DNA of 64,000 bases from Candidatus Moraniibacteriota bacterium (GCA_030645735.1 JAUSNP010000003.1:167411-231410), one strand, 5' to 3'; shown: positions 1-9,349, counted from the stretch's first letter. Numbers and translations are program-made. Notes: generated by a model not told the origin, from the sequence alone.

Positions 1-223
1 TGGCGATTTGCTCTGCAGAAACATCGTAGCCAGTGACCATGGCTCCTCTGTGCGCCAATTCCTGATCAAATAGACCGCTGCCACAGCCGACATCCAAGAC
101 TGTCTTTTGTGAGATGTCTCCCAACAGACGCAGGGCAGATGGATACTGCACAAACTGTTTAACCGGATCGGTTTTGACTAGGTCCGTATAGCTTTGGCTG
201 ATTGAGTCATAAGATGCTTTCAT
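1..223 (-). CDS. Class I SAM-dependent methyltransferase (N-terminal part, runs off window edge)
   Basis: Manual translation from ATG 223: MKASYDSISQSY...TVLDVGCGSGLFDQELAHRGAMVTGYDVS; motif I LDVGCGSG; GGAG RBS upstream. Confidence 0.85.
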   Translation of the reverse strand, partial: MKASYDSISQSYTDLVKTDPVKQFVQYPSALRLLGDISQKTVLDVGCGSGLFDQELAHRGAMVTGYDVSAEQIA

Positions 224-416
224 ATCTATTCTCCATATAATTGTTAAAGAAATAAAGTTCAGTTGTATTAGCTAGCTTTCTAGCATAACGAGTTATTATA
301 CTCTTAAAAAGGCAGATAGTCAATAAGATGAATACAGTAAAAGTTGACAAAGTACCTAATTAAAGCTAATATTGGTATATTGAATATATAGTGTTGTAAA
401 TAATTTACACAAAAAT

Positions 417-1136
417 ATGAAGGAAAAACAAGCATTATTGGAGTTTGGGTTGTCAGAATCAGAGGCGCAGACCTATTTGACGCTGTTTCGTTTGGGCGGA
501 GCTACGGCTTCAGTTTTGGCCAAGGAAACTGGTCTGCAAAGAACGACAGTCTATCCGATTCTCAAGTCGCTGGCTAAGAAAGGTTGCGTGTTGGTCTATT
601 TCCGCAAGAATCAGCATCACTATTATGCCCAAAAGCCAGACAAGCTGGCGAGTCTGTTTGAAAAGAAGCTGGAATTTTTCAATAGCGTGGTGCCCTTGTT
701 TGAATCGATGGACAGAAAGCAGGCGCAAGCAATCGGCGTGCGATTCATTGAAACAAAAGAGGAGTTGAGGAAATTCTATATGGACATTTTGGATGATCAC
801 AAAAGTTATCGCATCATTGGCAACGCACACACTTGGCAAAACATTGATCCGGAATTTTTTGAACAATATCGCGAGATGCGTGCAGACTTGAAAATCAAAA
901 CTCGATTGCTATTATCAGCTGATTCAAAACAAGACAATCCCACGGCCAAAGATTTGTTGCGTGAAGTTAGATTTTTGCCGGCCGAATATGAATTCAAAAG
1001 CACCATGAACATTTTCAATGACAAGGTCCTGATCATTAGTCCAGAAACATCCTCACTAGCTGTGGTCATTGCCGTGCCAGCGATGGTGGATATTTTCAAA
1101 TCAATGTTTGAGATTATTTGGAGTAATGAAAGTTAG
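417..1136 (+). CDS. TrmB-family transcriptional regulator (wHTH plus effector domain)
   Basis: FGLSESEAQTYLTL...ASVLAKETGLQRTTVYPILKSL is a typical TrmB N-terminus; divergent from the methyltransferase. Confidence 0.85.
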   Translation: MKEKQALLEFGLSESEAQTYLTLFRLGGATASVLAKETGLQRTTVYPILKSLAKKGCVLVYFRKNQHHYYAQKPDKLASLFEKKLEFFNSVVPLFESMDRKQAQAIGVRFIETKEELRKFYMDILDDHKSYRIIGNAHTWQNIDPEFFEQYREMRADLKIKTRLLLSADSKQDNPTAKDLLREVRFLPAEYEFKSTMNIFNDKVLIISPETSSLAVVIAVPAMVDIFKSMFEIIWSNES

Positions 1137-1191
1137 TCATCGGTCATTAAATATGTGTCATCAGTCAACAGTAATTAGTCATCAATAGAAA

Positions 1192-1539
1192 ATGGAATAT
1201 TTAGAGTGGCTAAAAGAATTGGATCAGAAATCGCAGGGCAAGTATGTTGAGATTACTTGTCCTTTTTTTGAGGATGGGGCGTGCGCAATTTATGCTAAGC
1301 GATTTGCATGCTGTCGAAATTTTCCGCAGAGCACGGGATATTGTTCGCGTGACTTGGATTGCAAAATCATTCAAAACAAAATTGAAAACAATTCTCCAGC
1401 TTCGAGCGCGACATGTCGCGCCTGTCAAAAATCATGTTGTGAAAAAATTCTGGTGCCAGTGGGAGTTGAAATCACCAAAGAGTTCATTGAAAAATGGATG
1501 AACATTCCTTGTGAGGATTGTCGCAAGTTTTTCAAATAA
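1192..1539 (+). CDS. Cys-rich protein, YkgJ/zinc- or iron-chelating-like
   Basis: CPFF...CAIYAKR..CRNFP motif plus CxxCxxxCC and CxxC clusters. Confidence 0.65.
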   Translation: MEYLEWLKELDQKSQGKYVEITCPFFEDGACAIYAKRFACCRNFPQSTGYCSRDLDCKIIQNKIENNSPASSATCRACQKSCCEKILVPVGVEITKEFIEKWMNIPCEDCRKFFK

Positions 1540-1555
1540 TAATTTTTGGTAAAAT

Positions 1556-1593
1556 AAAAAGCCCCAAACTGAATGTTGTCAGTTCGGGGCTTT
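1556..1593. terminator. Probable bidirectional intrinsic terminator
   Basis: AAAAAGCCCCAAACTGA...TCAGTTCGGGGCTTT hairpin between convergent genes. Confidence 0.6.
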
Positions 1594-1600
1594 GGCTTTT

Positions 1601-1646
1601 GGCAAGAAAGTTAGAATCAACTTTCTTGCCAATGTTTATCACCTCA
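1601..1646. repeat. 46-bp direct repeat copy 1 (contains a hairpin), at the 3' end of gene 1639-1959
   Basis: GGCAAGAAAGTTAGAATCAACTTTCTTGCCAATGTTTATCACCTCA; near-identical to 2073-2118. Confidence 0.9.
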
Positions 1647-1959
1647 TTGCTAATCTTTTTTCAAGTAATGCCACAAATTTTTCAATGTCCTCATCGGACA
1701 TTGGGTCGATGGCGATTCTAATAAACCCCTTTGTTAATGCGAGTTCACTATTCTTGATGGAATACTCGTATGAACCAACACGTTTCATCTCGGTGAGGAC
1801 ACTTGCCGTGATTGCATCGTATGCGTATTCGGTATGGAGAGAATGCCGCAGAAAGCTATCTCCCGCAATCACTTGGTAGTGATTTCTGGGCATATGGCTC
1901 CCATCAGAAGTGATATGCATAACTTTTCCAACAAGAATCTCAACTTTTTTAGTGGTCAT
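1639..1959 (-). CDS. Hypothetical protein
   Basis: 106-aa ORF with AAGGAG RBS; leader shared with the gene at 2120-2542. Confidence 0.7.
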   Translation of the reverse strand: MTTKKVEILVGKVMHITSDGSHMPRNHYQVIAGDSFLRHSLHTEYAYDAITASVLTEMKRVGSYEYSIKNSELALTKGFIRIAIDPMSDEDIEKFVALLEKRLAMR

Positions 1960-2072
1960 GGTAATTCTCCTTTTGTAGGATTGTTGCCCGAGAGTGGGCT
2001 AAGTTTTGTGAGGTGATTGTAAAAGAACTTCTCCTATGAAACCACTAATCATTTAGTAATCTCAATGAGAGA

Positions 2073-2118
2073 GGCAAGAAAGTTAGATTCAACTTCCTTG
2101 CCAATGTTTATCACCTCA
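2073..2118. repeat. 46-bp direct repeat copy 2, at the 3' end of gene 2120-2542
   Basis: GGCAAGAAAGTTAGATTCAACTTCCTTGCCAATGTTTATCACCTCA; 2 differences from copy 1. Confidence 0.9.
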
Positions 2119-2119
2119 C

Positions 2120-2542
2120 TCAATCTTTCTTCAGGATTGCGGCTTTACGGTCAGGGCTGATGCTAAGGTTGAGCCAGCGAAAACCATAATCCTGTTTGTC
2201 ATCAATCCAGTTCCAGTAGAGATAACGAACATGTAGGGCTTTGTCTGGGCTACAATAAATCGTGCCCCAGAAATAAACTGCCTTGTGCTTCCATTCTTCC
2301 GGAATAAACTCTGGGTGTGCCAATAAGTAATCCAGAACACAAGCGTTGAGATTAGACTGACTTTCAAGTTCTTTGCGAATCTCATTGCCCACGTCCATGC
2401 CATGCTTCTGGGCAGCTGACGTATATAATGAGATCTTTTCAATGTCCCACTGAAACTGTCCGCTCTTTTTGTGTTCCTCAATTTCCCAGCCTTTTGGGCA
2501 ATAGGGAATGGCATCACAATCGATAATATTTGTAGTGGTCAT
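2120..2542 (-). CDS. Hypothetical protein resembling the C-terminal domain of the DGR target
   Basis: Start moved to ATG 2542 (AAGGAG RBS); C-terminus YFWGTIY.SPD...VRYLYW...RKAAIL has a pattern similar to 53834-54457. Confidence 0.65.
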   Translation of the reverse strand: MTTTNIIDCDAIPYCPKGWEIEEHKKSGQFQWDIEKISLYTSAAQKHGMDVGNEIRKELESQSNLNACVLDYLLAHPEFIPEEWKHKAVYFWGTIYCSPDKALHVRYLYWNWIDDKQDYGFRWLNLSISPDRKAAILKKD

Positions 2543-2834
2543 GGTTGTTCTCCTTTGCAGATGTTTGCTCAGTATTGAGCTGATTGTTTGTGAAGTGATT
2601 TTTAAAGTACTGGCTGTCATGACTCTTTTGCTGTTCTCATCATGACTACGCAGTATACCATCTTTTTGATGATTAGTCCATAGTTGATGACTGAGGCTGG
2701 TTTTTGCTCAAATCTTCGATGTTGATATTTGGCTTATTGCTTGCATTATTTGGCAGATAGTGCTATAATAATGTTGTCGTCATATTTGATGACAGTAAGT
2801 AGTGATAAGTAGGTTTTTAAGCATTTTGGCTAGG

Positions 2835-2883
2835 CAAAGGTTGAACCTTTGAGAAAGTCATGCCCGCTATAAGGTTCAACCTT
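2835..2883. repeat. Pair of short palindromes (AAGGTTGAACCTT / AAGGTTCAACCTT); operator-like or REP-like
   Basis: Two near-palindromic 13-mers forming an inverted pair just upstream of the second TrmB gene. Confidence 0.55.
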
Positions 2884-2918
2884 GGAATACTTGCAATGCT
2901 AAAAATTATTCAAAAAAT

Positions 2919-3656
2919 ATGCATTTAGATGAACTAATCAACGCGGGACTCTCAGAAAATGAGGCCAAAGTCTATTTGGCAGCTTTGGAATTGGGCGAAA
3001 CTAGTGTCTATCGTTTGGCCAAGAAATCAGGTGTGAAAAGAACTACCACCTATTTGGCGGTGGAGACTTTGAAAGAAAAAGGCCTGATGAGTGCCTATCA
3101 AAGCAATAGCGTCACAGTTTGCTATGCTGAAAACCCGAAAAAACTCACTTTGGTGCTGGAAGAAAAGAAAAAGGCTTTGGACAAGATCATGCCCGAGCTG
3201 TTGGCGTTCAACAATTTGATTGATAAAAAGCCCAAGATCAAATATTTTGAAGGGCGAGATTCATACAAAGAGGTTTTTATGGATATATTGAAATATTCAA
3301 ATAGTGAAACACTGATAACATTTAATGAGAACTTCTGGAATTTTGATGATTTCTTTGTGAGCTATTTTATTCCCAAGCGCAAAGAGAAAAAAATTTGGGC
3401 GCGAGCTCTTTTTCATGACAACGCTGTTTTTAGGGATCTCAAGAAAAGAGAGCAAGAACTTTTTTTGCAATGTAAACTTGTTCCAGGGGATAAATTCAAA
3501 GTCGGGATAGAGATGATTATTTATGGGAATAATAAGGTGGGATTTGTTTCATATGAAGAGGAGATGGCTATCATTATCGAAAGCCAAAAAATCCACGACA
3601 CACAAAAAAGCTTCTTTGAAACAATTTGGGGATTGTTGCCGGAAAGTAGGGTTTAG
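2919..3656 (+). CDS. TrmB-family transcriptional regulator (paralog of 417-1136)
   Basis: AGLSENEAKVYLAALELG...LAKKSGVKRTTTY; KIKYFEG motif. Confidence 0.85.
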   Translation: MHLDELINAGLSENEAKVYLAALELGETSVYRLAKKSGVKRTTTYLAVETLKEKGLMSAYQSNSVTVCYAENPKKLTLVLEEKKKALDKIMPELLAFNNLIDKKPKIKYFEGRDSYKEVFMDILKYSNSETLITFNENFWNFDDFFVSYFIPKRKEKKIWARALFHDNAVFRDLKKREQELFLQCKLVPGDKFKVGIEMIIYGNNKVGFVSYEEEMAIIIESQKIHDTQKSFFETIWGLLPESRV

Positions 3657-3721
3657 TCATCGGTCATCAGCAATCTGTCATCAAATGCGAGTGTGCTATA
3701 ATGTAGATAAGAATTATCATT

Positions 3722-4336
3722 ATGGCATCACAAATCGCGCATATTGTTTATGCGAAGAGATATTTGGAAAAGTTTCCCTCGAATGAAATTGATCGAGACG
3801 AGTTTTTGTTGGGTTGTGTTTTCCCGGACATCCGTCGCGTGGCCGAAAATCTGACGAGGAAAGACACGCACATGGCCTTTGAGCCGATTGATTTGAATTT
3901 CACAGGACTGACTTCTTTTCAAGCGGGTTGGAAGTTTCATTTATATTGCGACATGAAGCGTGAGGAAATTTTGAATCAATACGGTTTTTATAAACTGACA
4001 GCAGACAATGGCAAATTTTGGCAGTCGAGCAAAATGTTGGAAGATGAATTGTTGTATGATGTTTATAATAATTGGGAAAAGCTAGTTCATTATTTCAACA
4101 ATGCGCCAGTGGCGCAATCGCCGCAAGGAGTTTCCAAAGAATCATTTGCATTGTGGTATGCGATTGTAGCACGCTATATTGAAAAGAAGCCAGACAACAA
4201 AGCGATGCAACTTTTCATCAGTAAGCAAGCAATGTTTCAAAAAGATAGTTCGGTGATTATGAAAAAAGTTGATGAGTTGAGAAAAGATAGTCGATCGGTG
4301 GAGATATTAAAGAGAGTGGTAGAGGAAATTGTATAG
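3722..4336 (+). CDS. Hypothetical protein, possibly a zinc-dependent phospholipase C-like helical hydrolase
   Basis: N-terminal H, FLLGCVFPDIR, GWKFHLYCD motifs. Confidence 0.5.
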   Translation: MASQIAHIVYAKRYLEKFPSNEIDRDEFLLGCVFPDIRRVAENLTRKDTHMAFEPIDLNFTGLTSFQAGWKFHLYCDMKREEILNQYGFYKLTADNGKFWQSSKMLEDELLYDVYNNWEKLVHYFNNAPVAQSPQGVSKESFALWYAIVARYIEKKPDNKAMQLFISKQAMFQKDSSVIMKKVDELRKDSRSVEILKRVVEEIV

Positions 4337-4385
4337 AAGTCCATAAAGTCAAAAGTCTATAAAGTTAAATGTTAATAAGAAATAT

Positions 4386-4679
4386 ATGCAATTAGAAGTT
4401 AAAAATATCAAGATGAGTCCGGTGATGCTTTTGAGGAGAGCGGGTTATACTTTTCAACGAAATGAAGGGCAAGAAATGAGTTTTGTGCGAGCTTTGGCTA
4501 GAGCGGGTTATCCAAGATTTCATATGTATGTATCAGTGGCGGGAGTGGATATGAAAATCAACATTCATTTGGATCAAAAGAAAGAGACCTATGGATCAGG
4601 CACTCGACATCATGGGGAATATGAGGATGATGGGGCCTTGAAAACAGAGGTTGAGAGAATCCGAGGTTTGTTGGTCTAG
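4386..4679 (+). CDS. Hypothetical protein
   Basis: 97-aa ORF with GYPRFH and HLDQKK..Y...HHGEY motifs. Confidence 0.7.
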   Translation: MQLEVKNIKMSPVMLLRRAGYTFQRNEGQEMSFVRALARAGYPRFHMYVSVAGVDMKINIHLDQKKETYGSGTRHHGEYEDDGALKTEVERIRGLLV

Positions 4680-4730
4680 CTATTGCCAAAGTCTGCGAAA
4701 GAGGCTAAACTAAGTTATGTATTTTGACAT

Positions 4731-4813
4731 GCCGCGGTGGTGAAATTGGTATACACGCCAGTCTTAGGAACTGGTAGGTTTATCCTGTGGGAGTTCGAGT
4801 CTCCCCCGCGGCA
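4731..4813 (+). tRNA. tRNA-Leu(TAG)
   Basis: GCCGCGG acceptor stem, CCAGT-CT-TAG-GA-ACTGG anticodon arm, long variable arm, GTTCGAGTC T-loop. Confidence 0.95.
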
Positions 4814-4852
4814 CCTGACATAAAGTCCGAAGGACTACTAAATGTAAAAAGA

Positions 4853-5788
4853 ATGCAAAAAATAGTAATCGATGAAAATGGCGCTGGGGAGCGTATCGAT
4901 AAATTCCTGAAAGAGGAGTTTTTTTTGAATGTGGAAACAACGCGCGGGGATGTCATCCGCAGTATCAAGGAAGGACAAATTTTGTTGAATAATAAAAAAG
5001 TGAAACCAAGCTATATCTTGAAAGATCAAGATATAGTCATGATTGATATTCAAAAAGAAAAAGAAGAGGTGATTCCGAATAAGGATATTAAATTAGAAAT
5101 TATTTTTCAAGACAAAGATATTATTGTTATCAACAAGCCATCTGGTTTGCAAGTGCATCCAAGTGATACAGAAAAAGAAAACACCTTGGTAAATGCATTA
5201 ATAGTGGCTTTTCCTGAGATAAAGGATGTAAATGATGGATCAGAAGGCAGTTGGATGCGCCCAGGAATTGTGCATCGCTTAGACAAGGATACAAGTGGTG
5301 CAATGGTAGTGGCAAAAAATAAAAAAACTTTTGATGAATTGAAAAGACAATTTGCCGATCGAGAAATTGAAAAAAATTATGTCGCATTGGTGTATGGTCA
5401 TCTAGCGAAAAATGAAGGAGTGGTGGATCAACCAATCGCACGAGCGGCCAGTTTCAAAAAACAAAAAATAGCACGTGGCCGCACCAAGGGAATTGCTCGA
5501 CCAGCGTTGACGGAGTATAAACTGTTGAAAAGATTTGCCGAATTTGATTTTGTGGAGGCTGTGCCAAAAACTGGTCGTATGCATCAGATTCGTGTGCACA
5601 TGTCGTCCCTTGGAAATTCGATTGTGGGGGATGCAAAGTATAAGCGCCGAAACCTGATTTTGCCCGATGGTGTTTTGCGACAGTTGCTACATGCTCAAAA
5701 GCTGAAGTTCACCCTATTTGGCAAAGCTTATGCTTTTGAAGCTCCTTTGCCAGCTGATTTTGCCAAATTTATGCAAAGTCTTGACTAA
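4853..5788 (+). CDS. RluA/RluD-family 23S rRNA pseudouridine synthase
   Basis: S4-like N-terminus, NKPSGLQVHP, GIVHRLDKDTSG, TGRMHQIRVH; start set at ATG 4853 because the longer ORF overlaps the tRNA. Confidence 0.92.
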   Translation: MQKIVIDENGAGERIDKFLKEEFFLNVETTRGDVIRSIKEGQILLNNKKVKPSYILKDQDIVMIDIQKEKEEVIPNKDIKLEIIFQDKDIIVINKPSGLQVHPSDTEKENTLVNALIVAFPEIKDVNDGSEGSWMRPGIVHRLDKDTSGAMVVAKNKKTFDELKRQFADREIEKNYVALVYGHLAKNEGVVDQPIARAASFKKQKIARGRTKGIARPALTEYKLLKRFAEFDFVEAVPKTGRMHQIRVHMSSLGNSIVGDAKYKRRNLILPDGVLRQLLHAQKLKFTLFGKAYAFEAPLPADFAKFMQSLD

Positions 5789-5878
5789 AAACTAATATAA
5801 AGGTAAGATAAAAAGGCTAAAATCTCGGGTTTCGAGACTGTTTTAATTTAATAAAACTTCAGGTATAATAACAATCAT

Positions 5879-6325
5879 ATGCAAAAGAAAGTAATCGAAT
5901 TTAACAAGGAATTGAGAGGCAAGAATATGCCTGAGTTTTCAGCTGGGGATGTGGTGAAGGTGTATCGAAAGATTAAGGAAGGTGAAAAGGAGAGAATCCA
6001 AATGTTTGAAGGATTGATTATCGCTGTAAAAGGTGGTCAAAGCTCTTCTCCAACTATCACTGTGCGAAAAGTTTCCAATGGAATTGGAGTTGAATTGATT
6101 ATCCCAATTTCTTCACCAAGTATTGAAAAGATTGTGAAAGTGAAGACCGCCAAGGTTAGACGATCAAAATTGTATTATTTGCGAGGATTGACTGCGAAAA
6201 AGAGTCGTATGAAATATACTGACGCTGAAGCAGCTATCGTTCCACAGGAGACAATTGAGGCTCCAGTGGTAGCTGAGGTCGTTGAAGAAGCTCCAGTTGA
6301 GGCTGTTGCGGAAGAAGTTAAATAG
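5879..6325 (+). CDS. rplS: 50S ribosomal protein L19
   Basis: GDVVKV..KIKEGEKERIQMFEG, VRRSKLYYLR. Confidence 0.97.
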   Translation: MQKKVIEFNKELRGKNMPEFSAGDVVKVYRKIKEGEKERIQMFEGLIIAVKGGQSSSPTITVRKVSNGIGVELIIPISSPSIEKIVKVKTAKVRRSKLYYLRGLTAKKSRMKYTDAEAAIVPQETIEAPVVAEVVEEAPVEAVAEEVK

Positions 6326-6386
6326 GGCTTCTGTAGCGAATTTGTCGTACAGGGGATTCATGTGGTATATTTAGAATAAGGTTAGC

Positions 6387-6451
6387 GTCTTCGTGGTGGA
6401 ATTCCTGCCTGCCGGCAGGCAGGGGTATACACACATGCTTGAGACGCATGG
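6387..6451 (+). pseudogene. 5' fragment duplicate of tRNA-Leu(GAG) with a 20-bp palindrome inserted in the D-loop
   Basis: GTCTTCGTGGTGGAATT[CCTGCCTGCCGGCAGGCAGG]GGTATACACACATGCTTGAG matches the 5' half of the tRNA at 6480 apart from the insert (6404-6423). Confidence 0.85.
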
Positions 6452-6479
6452 AACCCAGACAGTATTGAAATTAAAAATT

Positions 6480-6565
6480 GTCTTCGTGGTGGAATTGGTA
6501 TACACACATGCTTGAGGTGCATGGATCGTAAGGTCGTGCGAGTTCGAGTCTCGCCGAAGGCACCA
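6480..6565 (+). tRNA. tRNA-Leu(GAG)
   Basis: CATGC-TT-GAG-GT-GCATG anticodon arm; T-loop GTTCGAGTC; encoded CCA. Confidence 0.93.
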
Positions 6566-6682
6566 CAATTGTTGGCCTGCCTGCCACATTTTCAAAACAT
6601 TATTAACTACTTCCAACAGTTAGTAATGTAATGTGGTAAAATACAGTTGAGACTAATATAATATGGTTGGAAAATGAGGCAG

Positions 6683-6754
6683 GCCTGGATAGCTCAGTGG
6701 TAGAGCAGAGGATTGAAAATCCTCGTGTCGTCAGTTCAATTCTGACTCTAGGCA
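6683..6754 (+). tRNA. tRNA-Phe(GAA)
   Basis: GAGGA-TT-GAA-AA-TCCTC arm; AGCTCAGTGGTAGAGC D-arm. Confidence 0.95.
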
Positions 6755-6812
6755 CAAATGTGATAAAATAAAAAGAGTAAAAAAATTGGTTAGCCAACCT
6801 ACGAAAGATTAT

Positions 6813-6885
6813 GGGCAATTAGCTCAATGGCTAGAGCATCTCGATTACACCGAGAGGGTTATAGGTTCGAGTCCTATATTGCCCA
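6813..6885 (+). tRNA. tRNA-Val(TAC)
   Basis: TCTCG-AT-TAC-AC-CGAGA arm; GGTTCGAGTCC. Confidence 0.93.
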
Positions 6886-6923
6886 CACAAGACAAAATAT
6901 CGCTCTCGCCGCTTGGCGAGTAT

Positions 6924-6995
6924 GCGGGTATCGTATAGTGGTTCTTATACGTCCTTGCCAAGGATGAGATGGGGGTTCGATTCCCCCTACCCGCT
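6924..6995 (+). tRNA. tRNA-Gly(GCC)
   Basis: GCGGGTA acceptor stem, CGTCC-TT-GCC-AA-GGATG arm. Confidence 0.93.
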
Positions 6996-7210
6996 CAAAT
7001 AAACTAAAGAATTCTCCTAAATGGAGAATTTTTTAGTTTCATGGCTTATTTAAGCCAAAAGTACGGAGTGGCTTAATTCGCGATGGCTTATCTGAGCCAA
7101 AATTCGGTCTTTGTCTTTGACAGGCTGGACATTTTTTGCTATACTCGTTAGTCACGCTGAGATCTGGTAAAGATAGGCTTAGCATGACATTTAACAATTA
7201 AGATCAATTA

Positions 7211-7783
7211 ATGCGTATCATTAGTATGCTTGTAGCGCTACCGATGCTGTGGACAACACTTGTCCCGCAACATGCCTTGGCAGCAGAATTTGCAAACACT
7301 GATGAAACAAAAACAAATTTAGAAATACAAGTTGAAAATATCATAGCCAAAGGCATCGTTCTGGGAAATCAAGACTATTTAGGAAGAGTCCCATATAACT
7401 TTCCTGGCTATGAACCGGTCAAAACAGCTGATGAATTGAAAAGAGAGAAAGTTTTGGCTAGATATAAAGATAAGCTAGCTAAAACAATCTTTCCGAAAGG
7501 ACAATTCACAATCAACGCTTCAGCTTATACGGCCGCAGCGGATGAATGTGGCAAGTCTGACGGAATCACAGCTAGTGGTTTGAAAGTCAAAGAAAACCAC
7601 ACCATCGCTTGTCCGCCTCAGTTTCCTTTGGGAACTAAGATGAAAATTGAAGGTTATGGAACTTTTGTTTGTGAAGATCGTGGGGGTGCGATCAAAGGAA
7701 ATCACATTGATATCTACGTACAAACAAAAAAACAAGCTTTCGCGTTTGGTCGAAGAAATTTGACTGCAGAAATTGTTCTGTAA
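7211..7783 (+). CDS. Secreted 3D-domain (MltA-like) protein
   Basis: Signal peptide; ASAYT...GITASG...EDRGGAIKGNHIDIY. Confidence 0.85.
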   Translation: MRIISMLVALPMLWTTLVPQHALAAEFANTDETKTNLEIQVENIIAKGIVLGNQDYLGRVPYNFPGYEPVKTADELKREKVLARYKDKLAKTIFPKGQFTINASAYTAAADECGKSDGITASGLKVKENHTIACPPQFPLGTKMKIEGYGTFVCEDRGGAIKGNHIDIYVQTKKQAFAFGRRNLTAEIVL

Positions 7784-7880
7784 GAGTAAAATAGCAAAAA
7801 ACACCTTGGCTCACGCTGAGGTGTTTTTTTGTTGACCGAGCAATCTATTTTTGATAAGCTGGACTAGTACCGTGATGAAT

Positions 7881-7954
7881 GGTCCGATGGCCGAGTGGTT
7901 AGGCAAGGGTCTGCAAAACCCTCTACAGCAGTTCAAATCTGCTTCGGACCTCCA
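7881..7954 (+). tRNA. tRNA-Cys(GCA)
   Basis: AGGGT-CT-GCA-AA-ACCCT arm; encoded CCA. Confidence 0.95.
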
Positions 7955-7965
7955 ATATTATTTAT

Positions 7966-8050
7966 GCCCGGATGGTGAAATTTGGTATACACTGGAGACT
8001 TAAAATCTCCCGGGAGCAATCCCTTGCGAGTTCGAGTCTCGCTCCGGGCA
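7966..8050 (+). tRNA. tRNA-Leu(TAA)
   Basis: GGAGA-CT-TAA-AA-TCTCC arm; long variable arm. Confidence 0.95.
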
Positions 8051-8091
8051 CCTAGTAACATAACTTTAGTCCAATTAAAAAAAGAATCATT

Positions 8092-8679
8092 CTAGTGATT
8101 CTTTTTTATTTTTTGCAAAACTTTGGGAATTTTTTGGAAATCCTTTTTGAGTGTTTCTCGCAAACTGCCATTGTAGAGTGCTGCTGCTGGATGATAGAGA
8201 GTGAAGATGTTTTGTGAACCAATTTGCGCAAGATTTATTTTTGTAACTTGGCCGTGGATTTCAGAAATCTTGGCCTTTGGCAGAAATCTTTCCATGCTGT
8301 GGCGGCCGAGAGTGATGATGAGTTTGGGCTGGATGATTTGGATTTGTTGCAAGAGCCATGGCCAGCAAGTGGCGATTTCTTCAGGCGACGGGTCGCGATT
8401 TTCGGGTGGGCGACATTTGCAGACATTGGCGATGTAGACGTCTTCCCTTTTCAATTTTATTTCGGCTAACATTTCATTCAAGAATTTTCCAGCCGCGCCG
8501 ACAAAGGGAGTCCCACTTGCATCTTCCTTTTTGCCTGGCGCCTCGCCGATAAACATAATCTCCGCTTCGGAATTGCCTGAACCGAAAACGACCTGAGTGC
8601 AACCCTCTCTGAGGGAGCATTTAGAGCATTGTTGCATTTGCTCGTTTAGCTTATTTAATTTTTGCAGTTTAGTTTGCAT
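8092..8679 (-). CDS. Family 4 uracil-DNA glycosylase (Fe-S)
   Basis: CSKC, GEAPG..ED..G.PFVG, KCRPPENRDP, YHPAAALY. Confidence 0.93.
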   Translation of the reverse strand: MQTKLQKLNKLNEQMQQCSKCSLREGCTQVVFGSGNSEAEIMFIGEAPGKKEDASGTPFVGAAGKFLNEMLAEIKLKREDVYIANVCKCRPPENRDPSPEEIATCWPWLLQQIQIIQPKLIITLGRHSMERFLPKAKISEIHGQVTKINLAQIGSQNIFTLYHPAAALYNGSLRETLKKDFQKIPKVLQKIKKNH

Positions 8680-8805
8680 GATTGTTTGGTTGCAGGTAAA
8701 AAGTTATTGGCTGTAGGGCTGGTTGTAGGTCATGGGTCATAAGTTGTATTATTTATGACTTATGACCTTAGACCATTCCTATTTCTAATGACTTCTTGCT
8801 TATGA

Positions 8806-9336
8806 CTAAGATAGATCGTGGATTCTGTGTAATTCAAATTTTCCAGTTTCTGTGTTCCAAGTGGCGAAAGTGGGTGGGTAGAAATCGCCGGTGGCGTTGC
8901 CAGGATTGAGCAGGGTGCAGTTGCCGACAACTTCAGTCCAAGGTTTGTGAGTGTGCCCGAAGAAAACAAAATCATATTTGCCAGTCTCAGCTAACTCTTT
9001 GGCTTCGCGCGGAAAATGGATGAAGGCAATTTCTTTGTTGTCTAATTTTATTTCACCAAAATTTTCATAAACAAAAGCATTCTTATATCTGATTGCGCCG
9101 TCAGCTGATTTGCTAATATGTTCAAATGTTGACATGTTCATTTGATCTTTGTCCATATTGCCAAAAACATAGAAAATTTCGCCAGCAAAATTGTCGCAAA
9201 AAAAATCCAACGAATCTTTCGTGGCCAAATCGCCACAACAAATGATCCTCTCAATTTTTTCTTGCGCGCAAAAATCCAAAACTTTTTTCAAGTTGGTTTC
9301 GTTGTTGTGGATGTCGGAGATGATGGCTATTTGCAT
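8806..9336 (-). CDS. YfcE/MJ0936-type metallophosphoesterase
   Basis: SDIH, CGD, GNMD, GHTH, LNPG motifs. Confidence 0.9.
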   Translation of the reverse strand: MQIAIISDIHNNETNLKKVLDFCAQEKIERIICCGDLATKDSLDFFCDNFAGEIFYVFGNMDKDQMNMSTFEHISKSADGAIRYKNAFVYENFGEIKLDNKEIAFIHFPREAKELAETGKYDFVFFGHTHKPWTEVVGNCTLLNPGNATGDFYPPTFATWNTETGKFELHRIHDLS

Positions 9337-9349
9337 ATATTTTTTTGAT

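Noticed and set aside
2135-2270. Second VR for the same TR
   Set aside because: Differences from TR are not confined to adenines and the alignment needs gaps.
4787-4852. N-terminal extension of the pseudouridine synthase
   Set aside because: Overlaps tRNA-Leu; ATG 4853 fits better.
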